Origin: a bacterium
Lineage (GTDB): Bacteria; SZUA-182; DTGQ01
Length of the DNA stretch: 64,000 nucleotides
Assembly: GCA_040755755.1 (NCBI GenBank)
Contig: JBFLZW010000072.1
Span: forward strand, 12,574-76,573
Direction: 5' to 3'
This document shows, piece after piece, positions 16,878 through 27,230 of the stretch (position 1 is its first letter; each line of letters begins with the position of its first letter). The notes under the pieces were generated by a model, which did not search any database, was not told the origin of the DNA, and worked only from the letters and a program-made list of their open reading frames with translations. The translations under genes and the position numbers were made by a program.

Positions 16878-18497
16878 TTATCTCCAGCGAGAGTTTCCCT
16901 CAGGCGACTTACTGAAGCTCTCATCTTTGGCATGGCGGACCCGGCTTTTTTTCGCTGCTCTCTGCGAATCAGTCATCCCCTGCACCAGTTGAGAGATCGT
17001 TACGATCTCATAGCCCTTGGCGCGTAATCCGTCGATTATCCCCGGCAATTGGAGGTAAACCTTGTCCTGATGGGGACGGTTTGTACTGAAATGCATCAAC
17101 ACGATCCCCCCATTGGCTCCGGATTCCGTACCCTTGCCGAAGTTGACAATCTGGTTGCGAATCTCCTCTGCCGTATGATACCTGCCTGAATTCGTATCCG
17201 CTACCCAGTCCATACTGTCCAGCCCATTCTCCCAATCCCGTCCGCAGGTCCATGAGACATGAACGTATCCCAGCTCTTCAGCCCACTTGCGGATATCCAG
17301 ATTGGTCTCTCCATAGGGAGCACGCCAATAGGGGCTCATATGCCTGCCGGTCAGGTGGTAAAAGGCCTCCTCTGCCCTTTTCAGCTCATGGTGGAGAAAT
17401 TCCCGATTGACTCCGGGAAGGCAGGTGGTGGACCGGCGATTCTCGATCCTGGTGAGGTGAGGATGGGTATCGGTATGATTTGCGACCTCATGGCCTTCCT
17501 CGACTATTCTCCTGACAATTTTCGGGTTTCGTCGAATAAATTCGCCGGTCAAAAAAATGGTTGTCCGGATACGCTTTTCTTTCAGGATATCCAGGATAAC
17601 CGGGGCGGCATCCGCATTCTCCCCACTGTCAAAGCTCAGGCAAATCCTGGCCTGGTCCATGTTTCCCCGATTGATATCGAGGCCCTTTTCCATAACCTGC
17701 GAGGTCGCCGTATCGACAACCAGCTCCAGGGTATTGGAATAGCACCAGCCTCCATCCGCAGTAATCAGCTTGGCCTGCAAAACGTTCCTGTTCCTCTCCA
17801 GGCCAATCCGAGGGAAGAAAAACCGATCTCCCCTGCACGGTACAGTATCACACAATCGATCATTTTTGTAAAGAGCAATGATACTGTTTGGTGGAGCATT
17901 GCCGTAAATATCAACAATATAGACAGGTTGCTTGATACGATTAGGCGCAAGACCGATATGAAAATTGGAACATATTTCATCCATAACAGCATCGTCTTGC
18001 GTTGATTTGCCGGCAGCCTTTGCCGGAGAGCTCATCTTTGCCTTTCCCTTGGACGGGCGAGTTGCCGCAGGCTCTTTCTCTTTTGAATCCAAAGTTGTAT
18101 TCTGGCCGCTGGCGGGAATTGCCGCAGGCTGAGAAGCTGCCCTGGGCAGAGGAGTATGCTTTTCCTCGGTCGATGCGGAATGCAGGAGGAGTGCGCCTGC
18201 GCCAACGATAAGCATGAACAGGAGGAAGGTTGAGTATTTATTGAGATGTTCAACTTTTGTGCGCAGGTAAAGATTGTGCCTGAAAAAAACCCGCTGGCTG
18301 TGCAGCCGGATATTCTTGAGCTGGAAGAGAGTATGACATTTCCGGCTGCAAAACGATTGATCTTTCACCCTGATTTGACAATCCTGGCACAGGGATTTCC
18401 AGCAATACTGGCACCGCCCCTTTGCTTGTCTTTCCGGATGATTTTCGCAATGCATGGATGTTATGTGCTTTTTACTCTCATCATAAAAATAGGTCAA
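16878..18497 (-). CDS. Polysaccharide deacetylase (NodB domain) with N-terminal B-box-like Zn-ribbon and a TM anchor
   Basis: 539 aa with CENHPERQAKGRCQYCWKSLCQDC, one TM segment, a low-complexity linker, and then the NodB motifs LSFDSGE and HEVANHTDTHPHL. Confidence 0.7.
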   Translation of the reverse strand: MTYFYDESKKHITSMHCENHPERQAKGRCQYCWKSLCQDCQIRVKDQSFCSRKCHTLFQLKNIRLHSQRVFFRHNLYLRTKVEHLNKYSTFLLFMLIVGAGALLLHSASTEEKHTPLPRAASQPAAIPASGQNTTLDSKEKEPAATRPSKGKAKMSSPAKAAGKSTQDDAVMDEICSNFHIGLAPNRIKQPVYIVDIYGNAPPNSIIALYKNDRLCDTVPCRGDRFFFPRIGLERNRNVLQAKLITADGGWCYSNTLELVVDTATSQVMEKGLDINRGNMDQARICLSFDSGENADAAPVILDILKEKRIRTTIFLTGEFIRRNPKIVRRIVEEGHEVANHTDTHPHLTRIENRRSTTCLPGVNREFLHHELKRAEEAFYHLTGRHMSPYWRAPYGETNLDIRKWAEELGYVHVSWTCGRDWENGLDSMDWVADTNSGRYHTAEEIRNQIVNFGKGTESGANGGIVLMHFSTNRPHQDKVYLQLPGIIDGLRAKGYEIVTISQLVQGMTDSQRAAKKSRVRHAKDESFSKSPEGNSRWR

Positions 18498-18515
18498 AAT
18501 TCCCGGCTACTACAA

Positions 18516-21179
18516 TTATGGTTCCTGCAATTTTCGTGCCTTCACTTCAGCCTCTCCTAACAAAAATTGCAGTTGAGCGACCTGCTGATTGGCATTCTCG
18601 ACCAAAGACTGCTGCTGTGCCAGGGTGTCAAGTTTTACCTTGAGATCCTCCGCCATCAGATCCAGGTTTCTCATCCGATAATCAGCATCGTCAATCAATT
18701 GAACATTCTTCAGAATAGTTCCCATCTTCTCGTGAGTATCGGCAATCAAATCGTGAAGACTCTTCAGCTTGGCACCGACCTCATCCACCTTCTCGCTTTC
18801 GGAAAGCAGATTTTGCATCCTTGCCCGGATGTCCTGTGCCAGCAGCCGTACTTCCTGAATTTCACGGTTGGTCCTCTCGATCACATCTTTTCCGCCTGAT
18901 ATTTTTGCCAGGTTTTCATCAATTCCCTGGGATAGCTCCTCCAGAGTTCCGATCTTTCTCTCCAGCTCGGAGAGGGCGGCTTTGCGGCTGGTAAGCGTAT
19001 CGATTTTATGCTCGATATCCCGGTGCAGTTGAGAGAGATTTTGCAATTTATTTTCCATCTTGTCAATATCTATCATTCCATTCAAAACCCGGCCCACCCC
19101 TTCTTCCATCTGCCGCAGCAGATCCCGGAACTGCCCCCGGTGGCCCTCCGCTATTCCCTGGGCCTGGGTGCGCCAGTGTTCGAGGTCATTGATTTTATGG
19201 TCAATCGCCCCAAAGAGACTGGATATCCTGGTCTCATTTTCCACCATCTCAACATGAATCCGCTGGACTGCATCCTTATTCCGGTTGATTTGACTCACCA
19301 TCTGCCGTATCTCTTCAGCCTGGGTCTTCAGCTCTGCCAGTTGAGCAGCCTGTTCCTGAATCTGCTCTCTCTCGGCCTGCAATTCGGTGTTCCTGATCTG
19401 AACATCCTCGATAATGACTTTCAGGGCATTCAACCCCTCTTCGGCCTTCTCGACTTCGGATTTATTCTGAAGAACAACCCCGATCCGGGTTTCCAGCTCG
19501 TTACTGAGCTGGCTCAGCCGCAGAATCCGGTTCTCCAGATTCTGCACCAGGGCCTGCCGGTGTTCCAGCCGCCCCATCTTTTCATTCAGCTCGCCGGAGA
19601 GGGTGACCAATTTCTCCATTTGCTTGCGGGCATCTTCAATGTAATCGATCTGCTCGATGATTTCATCTTCCGTCCTGGACAGGTCTTCGGCCAGCTTTTT
19701 AATGTCCTGGATCTGGGATTCCAACTGGCCCAGCTCGGACCGTTTGTTTTCCAGATCGTTCATTCGATCCTCGATATCCATAAGGCTGGACGTCAGGGTT
19801 TCCACTTTGCTTTCAATCCGCTCGATCAGCTTGCTTTTCTCCTGGATCTTCTCTGCCTCGGATTGCATGTTGTGAGCCAAAAGGTCTATTTCCAGTAACT
19901 GGTTTTTCACCTCTTTAATGATACCCTTCTGATTGAGCACCTCTTCAAATTCCCGCTGCAGGTCCTGCAGTTCCTGATTCACCTGCTGAATCTGATCGTT
20001 CACCCGCTGAATGTCAGTCTGGAGGGCAAGAATTTCATCTCCTTTGCGTTCCGCATCTTCCAGCCGGGAATGCAGGTAGTCGATCCTCCCGCTCAGGTTG
20101 TTCATAACAGCCCGTGTCTCATTGAGCTCCCGGGTTTTATTGCTGATTTCCGTTGACAGGTTCTGGAGCTCCTCCATCCGTCCGGTAACAGCGGCCAGAA
20201 ATTCCTTGGCCTCGATAACCTGCCTGGTCTTGAGGTCTATCTCGTTGAACATGGATTCGAGCCGCCAGATATTCTTTTCCGTCTTTTTAATTAATTTATT
20301 CTCTTCGGCCAGTTTGTTGATCTTGGCTTCCATGTCCCAGAACAGGACATTGAGTCTTCCCGCTTCCTCATTGGCCTTTTCCACAATCAGCCGCTGCTGG
20401 GAAAGGGTATTCATTTTGGTTTTAATGTACTCGCCCAGGGAATTCAAACTGTCGAGTTTTTGCCGGGTGGATTCGTAAAGCTTTCGATCTCTGTCCAGCT
20501 CTTCGGCCTTTTGCCGCATATCGAAAGCCAGAGATTCATATTTGGCGACCTGCTCGGTAAAATTCTTCATTTTAGTGAGAGCATCCAGCCGCTCCTGCTC
20601 CATGCCCTGAAATTCACTGCGTAACTTTTTCGTCAGGGAGGAAAACTGGTTGGCCTCTTCCACTGCCAGGTCAATATCGACCTTGCGGTCGGAAATCTGA
20701 GCCATTTTCTCCCCCAGATCACGGGTTTGGGTCTGTAAAACATCAACCGTCCGGCCAATATGCTCGGCAGCCTGCTGAAACTGTCCGACCTCTTCCTTCA
20801 TCTGGTTGAAGACCTGGGCCTGGCCGCTCAGCTCATCGAATTTTTCAGACAACTCGAGAGCCAGGGTAGTAAAACTGTCCAGTTTCCGATTGACCTCGTC
20901 GATATTTTCCCGAAACCGCAGGACCTCGGTAATTTTCTTCTCCGTGGATTGAGACAAAAACTGCAGGGTCTCGACCCGCTTTTCAACCCGCAGGATCATC
21001 TCACTGTTTTCACAAAGGCTGGCTATCTGCATCCGGATCTGATTCAGCAAGGCCTCCAGACCTTCCCGCTCTTTCCTGGACTCCTCCAGCATATGACCCA
21101 GAATAGCCATGTTCTCGGCAAGGATTGATTCTTTGTTATCGCTTCGAAGCATAGACTGGCTTTGTATATCCTTATGCAT
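18516..21179 (-). CDS. 887-aa coiled-coil protein with no recognisable enzymatic motif
   Basis: Heptad-rich E/K/Q/L composition throughout. I can see no Walker A, TM segment or signal peptide. Confidence 0.6.
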   Translation of the reverse strand: MHKDIQSQSMLRSDNKESILAENMAILGHMLEESRKEREGLEALLNQIRMQIASLCENSEMILRVEKRVETLQFLSQSTEKKITEVLRFRENIDEVNRKLDSFTTLALELSEKFDELSGQAQVFNQMKEEVGQFQQAAEHIGRTVDVLQTQTRDLGEKMAQISDRKVDIDLAVEEANQFSSLTKKLRSEFQGMEQERLDALTKMKNFTEQVAKYESLAFDMRQKAEELDRDRKLYESTRQKLDSLNSLGEYIKTKMNTLSQQRLIVEKANEEAGRLNVLFWDMEAKINKLAEENKLIKKTEKNIWRLESMFNEIDLKTRQVIEAKEFLAAVTGRMEELQNLSTEISNKTRELNETRAVMNNLSGRIDYLHSRLEDAERKGDEILALQTDIQRVNDQIQQVNQELQDLQREFEEVLNQKGIIKEVKNQLLEIDLLAHNMQSEAEKIQEKSKLIERIESKVETLTSSLMDIEDRMNDLENKRSELGQLESQIQDIKKLAEDLSRTEDEIIEQIDYIEDARKQMEKLVTLSGELNEKMGRLEHRQALVQNLENRILRLSQLSNELETRIGVVLQNKSEVEKAEEGLNALKVIIEDVQIRNTELQAEREQIQEQAAQLAELKTQAEEIRQMVSQINRNKDAVQRIHVEMVENETRISSLFGAIDHKINDLEHWRTQAQGIAEGHRGQFRDLLRQMEEGVGRVLNGMIDIDKMENKLQNLSQLHRDIEHKIDTLTSRKAALSELERKIGTLEELSQGIDENLAKISGGKDVIERTNREIQEVRLLAQDIRARMQNLLSESEKVDEVGAKLKSLHDLIADTHEKMGTILKNVQLIDDADYRMRNLDLMAEDLKVKLDTLAQQQSLVENANQQVAQLQFLLGEAEVKARKLQEP

Positions 21180-21340
21180 TTCCTTCTCCCAAAAATGGTA
21201 AAATCGTCCAGGAACACTCGACCTGGCAGTAATTCCTGCAAACTACTCTGGCAGCCTGTCGAAAGACCCCGTGGAATCCCTGGGATCGTGCTTTTCATCC
21301 TGCCGTGAATGAGAGCTAGAGTAATAGGAATAATAAGTGA

Positions 21341-24181
21341 TCAATCGTCTATCTTTATATTATCATCTAAGCCCAATTCACGTAAAGCGATTTTGGTCTC
21401 TTCGATCTTTTGCTCTGAGATGCCCTCATCAGGAGCGACCTCTACTTTTAAGGTTAACTTTAGACCTTTGCCCACAGCAAACTTAGAAAGAACTTTGGTG
21501 TAAAAGTTCATCCATTTCTGTGGCTGGACATCTCCGGTCCAGGCCAATCTTGCGGCACCAGCTCTTGGCAAAGGCGAAGGTGTAACGGTAGCATTTCCTC
21601 CCCTCGGTTGTACCCCGGTGAAATCTGATAAATTGCCGGGCTCAGGCGGGACTGGAGGTCCCGGAGGCCATGCATAATTAGGAGTAGGTGTATCAGGTGA
21701 AGAGGATGTTTTTTTCGTGCTTAAGCAGGTTTCTGCAACCTCCTTGGTGATGATGAACATATCATCTGATATCTCCACTTCGTGAGCAGTCAAGCTTTTA
21801 TTGTAAATAAATGGATTATAATCACCCATCCCTGTCTTACCAACATAAGCCAGCAAACCGTTACTTACCCCCCTGGCGATGGTGTCTTTAATTATCTCAG
21901 GCTTAAGAAGCCTTGGGAATTGTGGTGAAGCGTAGAACATATCCCGAACGGACTTCGTGCTCCACTCCGTGAAAGCGGGAGGCCAGTTTGCTATCAATTT
22001 AAGGGGGCTATACCCTTCTGTTATCTCATCTTCCTGCCGTAGCCGGTTCAGGATAAAGGTAACTATGGTATCGGCTGCACTGGAATGAACCAACCCGAGG
22101 TCTATGGGGCGCATGGTGTTATCTTTGCCCAAAAATAATATGTTCTTATAGGTTCGCCAGACGCATTCCCTGAGGTCTCTTTGCGCTTTCTGGTGGCTTT
22201 CAAACAATTGGCGTCTTTGCCCCTCATCAAGACGATGGGACTCTTCCTCATCCCGAATGTCCTCCCAGGCAAGAGCTTTTCTCGCCTCATCGCGGATGGT
22301 ACTGGCTCCGTCCGGAATACACCAAATCAAGGCGCTTTTATAGGTTCTGGCTGAAGTACCATACTCTCTGGTCATGGTATCCACCCAATCGGTAGTCTTC
22401 CTTTCATCCTGCATTACCTGGTCAGGGGCAACAATTATTAACGTCAAGGCAGGCCGGTCAGGGATCTGGATGCTTTTTTCTGGGAAAAAGACTTGCTCTA
22501 CGATATTTGATCCGCAGGTGAATACCTTCTGTATCTCATTGCGTACCCGCTCATCGATCTTCGACGACTGGATGCTGGCCCTCCGGTCAGCCAAGATTTT
22601 ATTCAGGTTCTTTAAAAAGCTAAAGCGGTACTTATTTCGCTCCACACAGAGAAAATAACAGGTGTTGCTCAAGGCTTCAAGAACAGTCTCCACATTGCCG
22701 ATATCCAGTCCTGGTTCAGCTACAGCAATACGGATCTCAGGTACAGTGGCTTCAGCCTTCATTTGTCCTCCATTCGATTCGAAAAAAATGGCTGTAGCTG
22801 CTTTCTTATGAAGGCAGGCTTTTTTTATGGTATCCACTGCTTCCTTATCAAGACGGACAGCATGAGAATCCTGCTTGCCGCAAATGTCTGTGGTGACAGC
22901 AGTTTCAAACTGCTTGAGGTCACCACCCAATTGCTCGAGTAGGGCTGGACGAAACAGCATTGAATCATCGAGCGGGGCTGAACCAAGGCCAATGAGGGAA
23001 TCCCCATATGTTCTCTTATACCCTTCCTGGTAAGCCCTGGAAACCCATATGGCTAAAAGCCTCAAGATTCCCCGTGTCTGTTGAAAACGGGGTAATGCCT
23101 GCCACTTCCGCTCAAAGACTGAGAGCAATACCGGGTGGAACGGGTAGGTAGCTTCGAATGCTTCCCTGGCATGGTCAACAGGAAACCAGCTTGGAATCTG
23201 CAATCGATGGTCAACAATCCACTCTGCATATTCGCTGCAGGTTTGCTTCGCATCCCTGCTGAGTAAAACTTTCCCATCGCTGCCTACCGCTTGTAGTTCC
23301 CACTCAAATAACCGGCGACGAATAATCTCCGATGTTTCGCTCTCCGCAGACATAATTACCGCCTTGCCAAGACGGTCCAGCATCTTCTTGATACGCTCAT
23401 AATCCAGCTTGTCTTCAACGGTCATCTCCAATTCTTCAGATGCAGGTACAGACACTACCAGGACAATAGTTTTTTCACCACGAGCAGTCTCTGACAAATT
23501 ATGAAGAAAATCATAAAACTGTACTGACAGGCCGCTTTTGCGATTCCGGCTGACATAGTTCATCAACTCGTCCATAAGGATTAAGCAGGGCCGATCCTGG
23601 GGAAGTATTCTGCGGATTACATCTCCTGCCGGAGCAATCATCTGTTTTTCGTGCTCAGCCACAAGAGCAAAGGCTTCCTCGCCACCAAGCTGATAGGCAA
23701 TTTCACCCCAGGGAGTTTTCCGAATTGGTCTTCCGTCATGGCCGCCGCGGCCGGTTAAGGAATCGAATTCCGTACCGACAAATACGGCCGTAGCTGCCCT
23801 GGGCACACTGTTTATCCCTGCCTTGGACAGTATTTTATTCACCCCGGGCCAGCTATTGGCATCTGGTCCGCTCTGGGCCAGATGATAGAGCAAAGTCAAT
23901 GCGTGGGTTTTCCCGCCTCCAAATTGGGTAGCCATATTAAAAACAGCCGAGGCTTCAGTTCTCTCACCGGATAATCGTCGAAGAGCTTCAGAAGCAAGGG
24001 CTGTTAAATTTTGGGTCAGATAGGTACGTTCAAAAAACTGTCTGGGATTTTGATATACACCCGGCGCTCTTCCATCCCGAACCTGGTCGAGATGAACGGC
24101 AAACTCAGCAGCATCGAGAGGCTTGCCTTCACATAAATCTTCGCGCGGTGTAACAACCTTATACCAGGGTCTCAGGTTCAT
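21341..24181 (-). CDS. DUF499-type P-loop ATPase (BrxC/PglY-like N-terminus)
   Basis: 946 aa. The N-terminus PWYKVVTPREDL..AEFAVHLDQV..FFERTYLTQNL..RLSG is characteristic of the family. Walker A is QFGGGKTHAL and Walker B is CLILMDELMNY. The stop of the upstream MTase lies 13 nt from its start. Confidence 0.75.
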   Translation of the reverse strand: MNLRPWYKVVTPREDLCEGKPLDAAEFAVHLDQVRDGRAPGVYQNPRQFFERTYLTQNLTALASEALRRLSGERTEASAVFNMATQFGGGKTHALTLLYHLAQSGPDANSWPGVNKILSKAGINSVPRAATAVFVGTEFDSLTGRGGHDGRPIRKTPWGEIAYQLGGEEAFALVAEHEKQMIAPAGDVIRRILPQDRPCLILMDELMNYVSRNRKSGLSVQFYDFLHNLSETARGEKTIVLVVSVPASEELEMTVEDKLDYERIKKMLDRLGKAVIMSAESETSEIIRRRLFEWELQAVGSDGKVLLSRDAKQTCSEYAEWIVDHRLQIPSWFPVDHAREAFEATYPFHPVLLSVFERKWQALPRFQQTRGILRLLAIWVSRAYQEGYKRTYGDSLIGLGSAPLDDSMLFRPALLEQLGGDLKQFETAVTTDICGKQDSHAVRLDKEAVDTIKKACLHKKAATAIFFESNGGQMKAEATVPEIRIAVAEPGLDIGNVETVLEALSNTCYFLCVERNKYRFSFLKNLNKILADRRASIQSSKIDERVRNEIQKVFTCGSNIVEQVFFPEKSIQIPDRPALTLIIVAPDQVMQDERKTTDWVDTMTREYGTSARTYKSALIWCIPDGASTIRDEARKALAWEDIRDEEESHRLDEGQRRQLFESHQKAQRDLRECVWRTYKNILFLGKDNTMRPIDLGLVHSSAADTIVTFILNRLRQEDEITEGYSPLKLIANWPPAFTEWSTKSVRDMFYASPQFPRLLKPEIIKDTIARGVSNGLLAYVGKTGMGDYNPFIYNKSLTAHEVEISDDMFIITKEVAETCLSTKKTSSSPDTPTPNYAWPPGPPVPPEPGNLSDFTGVQPRGGNATVTPSPLPRAGAARLAWTGDVQPQKWMNFYTKVLSKFAVGKGLKLTLKVEVAPDEGISEQKIEETKIALRELGLDDNIKIDD

Positions 24182-24194
24182 ATTTCATTCTCCG

Positions 24195-27100
24195 TTAAAA
24201 TCCTAGCCCTTTTTTGCGAGCCAAGACACCGTCTACCCACCGCTTTTCATCACAATGAGCCGGGTAAAGAGCTGACAGTGCCTGGGCCAATCGCCAGAAG
24301 CGTTGATCGCGGCCTACACCCTTTTCCACTAAAAACCGTTTAAGGGCTTCACCCCGCCCTGCGGCAAAAAGGATCATGCTTTGATGAATGCGGTCGAGGA
24401 TGGTGATGCCGAGTTTTGGTACATTCTTTTCCCCCCAGCCTCCACTTTCCTCTTCAACCTCATCAAGGGTGACAAAAAGAGCAAGTTGTCTCGTTTTTTT
24501 CTTCTGCTTTTTTGCCTGGGGAGCCTTATCTTCATCCTTGCCAAAAAGATGCCTTGTCCGTTCCGATACCGGCATGAGTCGAGCCTTATCCCCTTTTACT
24601 TCCACTATGCTTGTCAAATGCTCCAGGTGGGCTCCAAGACCCTGGGCGATTTTTCGAGCCGCGTCATACTCAAGGACAAAGCCGCTTACTTTAATTCCAG
24701 TGGCAGGTGATTCTTCATCCTCGGTGTCGTCTTCTTGTCTTTCATTAGGGACAGATTTAGCCTTACCATTGCCATTTCCGTTTCCGTTCCCGTTTACACC
24801 GGTCGAGAGGGTCCACAGCCACATGGCCGTGAGCCGGGCATCTTCTTCAAATCCGGTGGCATCTGCTCCCTTAAAGATCATATTCAAGGCTTCCCTGGAA
24901 ACAGTAGCCCAGACGTGTTCGAGATATTCTCTGAGTGTCACTTGTTCACCGCTGGCCTTCTCTACCCTTGAATATCGAGAGAAGATTTCCAGGGCTGGAC
25001 CAAGACAAGCGAAAATGGCGTCGGCACCGACGACACCTTCGGCGGATAGACGGGGCATCCATTCATGGATGCGGGTGGGAAGTTCTGCGAGGATGTCACG
25101 CCAATCGCCGATGTCGGCGGGGTGGAGGAGATCGTTGAGTTTTTGGCGGGGACGGCAGACGAGATGAACTGAAGACATCAAACGAGACTGCCCGATACCA
25201 GCAACTTTTGTGGCCATTTCAGTATCGATTGGCCACGAGCCTGTAATTATCCAGCCAGCATCCATCATTGCCTGTAGTTGAGCCTCCCATCCAGATGTAG
25301 ACTTATGAGCGAAGACAACTACGCCAATGCCGCCTGGGGATAGTATTCGCTGCCCTTCCGACATTGCCTGTGTCATCTTTTTAAGGTAGAAATTTACATC
25401 CTTGATACCAACACTCTCGACAGGTGTTGGCTCAACAATTATCTCTTCGGCTTTTGGAGTTAGTGGGGATTCCCACTGTTTTCCATTTAAGGTTCTTCTT
25501 AACCAAACATAAAAGAAGTCACTTAAATCTGCATAGCTGATCATGTCGTAGTAGGGTGGATCTGTAAAAAAACATTGAGCTGCACTATCGGGTAAAGGGT
25601 GCGCGGTTGCAGAAGAGCATTCAATTTGGCCAACCGACCAGTTACAGCCAATATTGGAAAGTGTCTTTACCAATGTATCAAAAAAAACTTTGAATGAACC
25701 ACTCGAAATGCTTAAAGGCACTCCTTCTGCAAAGTCCCATACCATTGGGATTGCTTGTCTTCCAAAAAGATGTCGAGGACATTGCGCAATAGGTTCCCAT
25801 GCATTTAAAGAATTTCCCAAGTCAGCCTGTTTATCCAATACTAAAGCTAATAATGACTGTATTGCTGAAGCTAATCCTTTTTCATGGTTGGTTGCTACCT
25901 TTTCCCCTGCTTTATGTACTAGCCGCGAAAAGGTTGATAGCATAAGTGCTTGACGGGGCGTAAAAACATCTCCCCATGTTTCCATCCCATAGAGTGGAAC
26001 CCGGTTAACAGAATGAGGTAATGGATTAACCGGCTCATTGGGCAAAAGTGATAATTGGCCTACATGCGCTTTATCACGCTGTTTTAGTTCTTGAGCTGCA
26101 TTCTTAAGAATTTTTATATCATAATCATTAGGTAGACGGTAAAATCGTCCCTGCTGACCCACTCGAGTTGTTACTATACAAAGTAGCACTGCATCTGCTG
26201 TCCCACCCTTTCTCTCTTTCAATTGCCGCCGCACCGAATCCACTTGAGTAGTAAATCCACAGCAAGGACAAGTAGCAGACCCACGACGAACCGTCCCATC
26301 TTTTATATCCTGGGCTTTAGCGTTCTGGATTATCTCGAAATCCACACGTTTTTCTCTTTGATTTGGAACCATCCGCAGCGCTACAGACCTGCTCCCCTTC
26401 TTAGCCAACCACAGGGACCTTATCAATGGCACCTCCGCTCCACACCCTGGCCCTTCACACCTAATAGTCCTCGCCCAAAGGTAGGCAATAGGCGTAGCGC
26501 CATCCGGATCTTTGGGGTAAAACTCGGCCAATTCTTTTTCCGCTTCCTTTTTTATCCACTCACCCCATTTGCGAACTTCATTAGCTAACTGCTGGCCATA
26601 CTTTGGGATGTATTCCAGCACTACCTTATTGAGAAGCACAGCAACAGGATTTAGATCACTGGCAAAAGCATCCGCTCCTACTCTCAATGCTTCCAGGGGA
26701 ATAGACCCGCCCCCGGCAAAAGGGTCCACCACAAGAGGCTTTGTTCCCGGCATGCCGCCCAATGCCTCATGAGCGGTTTGGGTTAAGGCCCTGCTGGTTT
26801 CCAGATATTCTCCTCTGGTTGAATTGTCCCAGTTGGAAAAATCGGCTATGAAATCAAGCAGTGCATATCGCAGCTCCAAGTTATCGTTAAATTTATCAGG
26901 GTTTTTCTGAAAGCCTATAAATCGCTTGAGACTTTCGGGGCTCAATAATGCGCGGTAATTATTGGCCCATTTTCGTATCCACTCCTTTGCTGCTTCCCGG
27001 AACGAATCAGGACAAAGAGGGTCTGCCGGATCTGGCCACAGGGCTGCACATATCACCGCACGGCAGGCTGCGAGTGGCCGTCGCGCCCACCAGATATGGA

Positions 27101-27206
27101 GGGTGGAGATATGCCCATGCCTTATGCTTTTTTCCCTGCGGGCATTTTCAGAAATCCGCTTGATGGGAAGATCCACTTCGATTAATCGCTTGGGGTATCG
27201 ATTCAA
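24195..27206 (-). CDS. DUF1156-type DNA methyltransferase with Zn-ribbon (N6A/N4C class, DPPY)
   Basis: 1003 aa. N-terminus KRLIEVDLPIKRISENARREKSIRHGHISTLHIWWARRPLAACRA (DUF1156), SAM motif VVDPFAGGGSIP, Cys4 ribbon (CEGPGC...CPCCG) and catalytic FTDPPYYD. The start is TTG. It contains an internal (NG)5 insert. Confidence 0.8.
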   Translation of the reverse strand: MNRYPKRLIEVDLPIKRISENARREKSIRHGHISTLHIWWARRPLAACRAVICAALWPDPADPLCPDSFREAAKEWIRKWANNYRALLSPESLKRFIGFQKNPDKFNDNLELRYALLDFIADFSNWDNSTRGEYLETSRALTQTAHEALGGMPGTKPLVVDPFAGGGSIPLEALRVGADAFASDLNPVAVLLNKVVLEYIPKYGQQLANEVRKWGEWIKKEAEKELAEFYPKDPDGATPIAYLWARTIRCEGPGCGAEVPLIRSLWLAKKGSRSVALRMVPNQREKRVDFEIIQNAKAQDIKDGTVRRGSATCPCCGFTTQVDSVRRQLKERKGGTADAVLLCIVTTRVGQQGRFYRLPNDYDIKILKNAAQELKQRDKAHVGQLSLLPNEPVNPLPHSVNRVPLYGMETWGDVFTPRQALMLSTFSRLVHKAGEKVATNHEKGLASAIQSLLALVLDKQADLGNSLNAWEPIAQCPRHLFGRQAIPMVWDFAEGVPLSISSGSFKVFFDTLVKTLSNIGCNWSVGQIECSSATAHPLPDSAAQCFFTDPPYYDMISYADLSDFFYVWLRRTLNGKQWESPLTPKAEEIIVEPTPVESVGIKDVNFYLKKMTQAMSEGQRILSPGGIGVVVFAHKSTSGWEAQLQAMMDAGWIITGSWPIDTEMATKVAGIGQSRLMSSVHLVCRPRQKLNDLLHPADIGDWRDILAELPTRIHEWMPRLSAEGVVGADAIFACLGPALEIFSRYSRVEKASGEQVTLREYLEHVWATVSREALNMIFKGADATGFEEDARLTAMWLWTLSTGVNGNGNGNGNGKAKSVPNERQEDDTEDEESPATGIKVSGFVLEYDAARKIAQGLGAHLEHLTSIVEVKGDKARLMPVSERTRHLFGKDEDKAPQAKKQKKKTRQLALFVTLDEVEEESGGWGEKNVPKLGITILDRIHQSMILFAAGRGEALKRFLVEKGVGRDQRFWRLAQALSALYPAHCDEKRWVDGVLARKKGLGF

Positions 27207-27230
27207 ACCGCATGCTCCCTGAGAATTTAC

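Noticed and set aside
16730-16933. 67-aa ORF with KNKNKNKNKNKYKG
   Set aside because: This is a translation artefact of the A-rich hexamer microsatellite in the rseC upstream spacer. It overlaps the deacetylase gene end and has no RBS.
19008-19898. 296-aa antisense ORF inside the coiled-coil gene, and similar long shadow ORFs at 17259-18005, 24388-25167, 36642-37535, 38460-39281, 54893-55618 and 58889-59548
   Set aside because: All lie opposite or out of frame within longer ORFs that carry clear family motifs. Their sequences are low-complexity (P/G/R/Q-rich) with no motifs.
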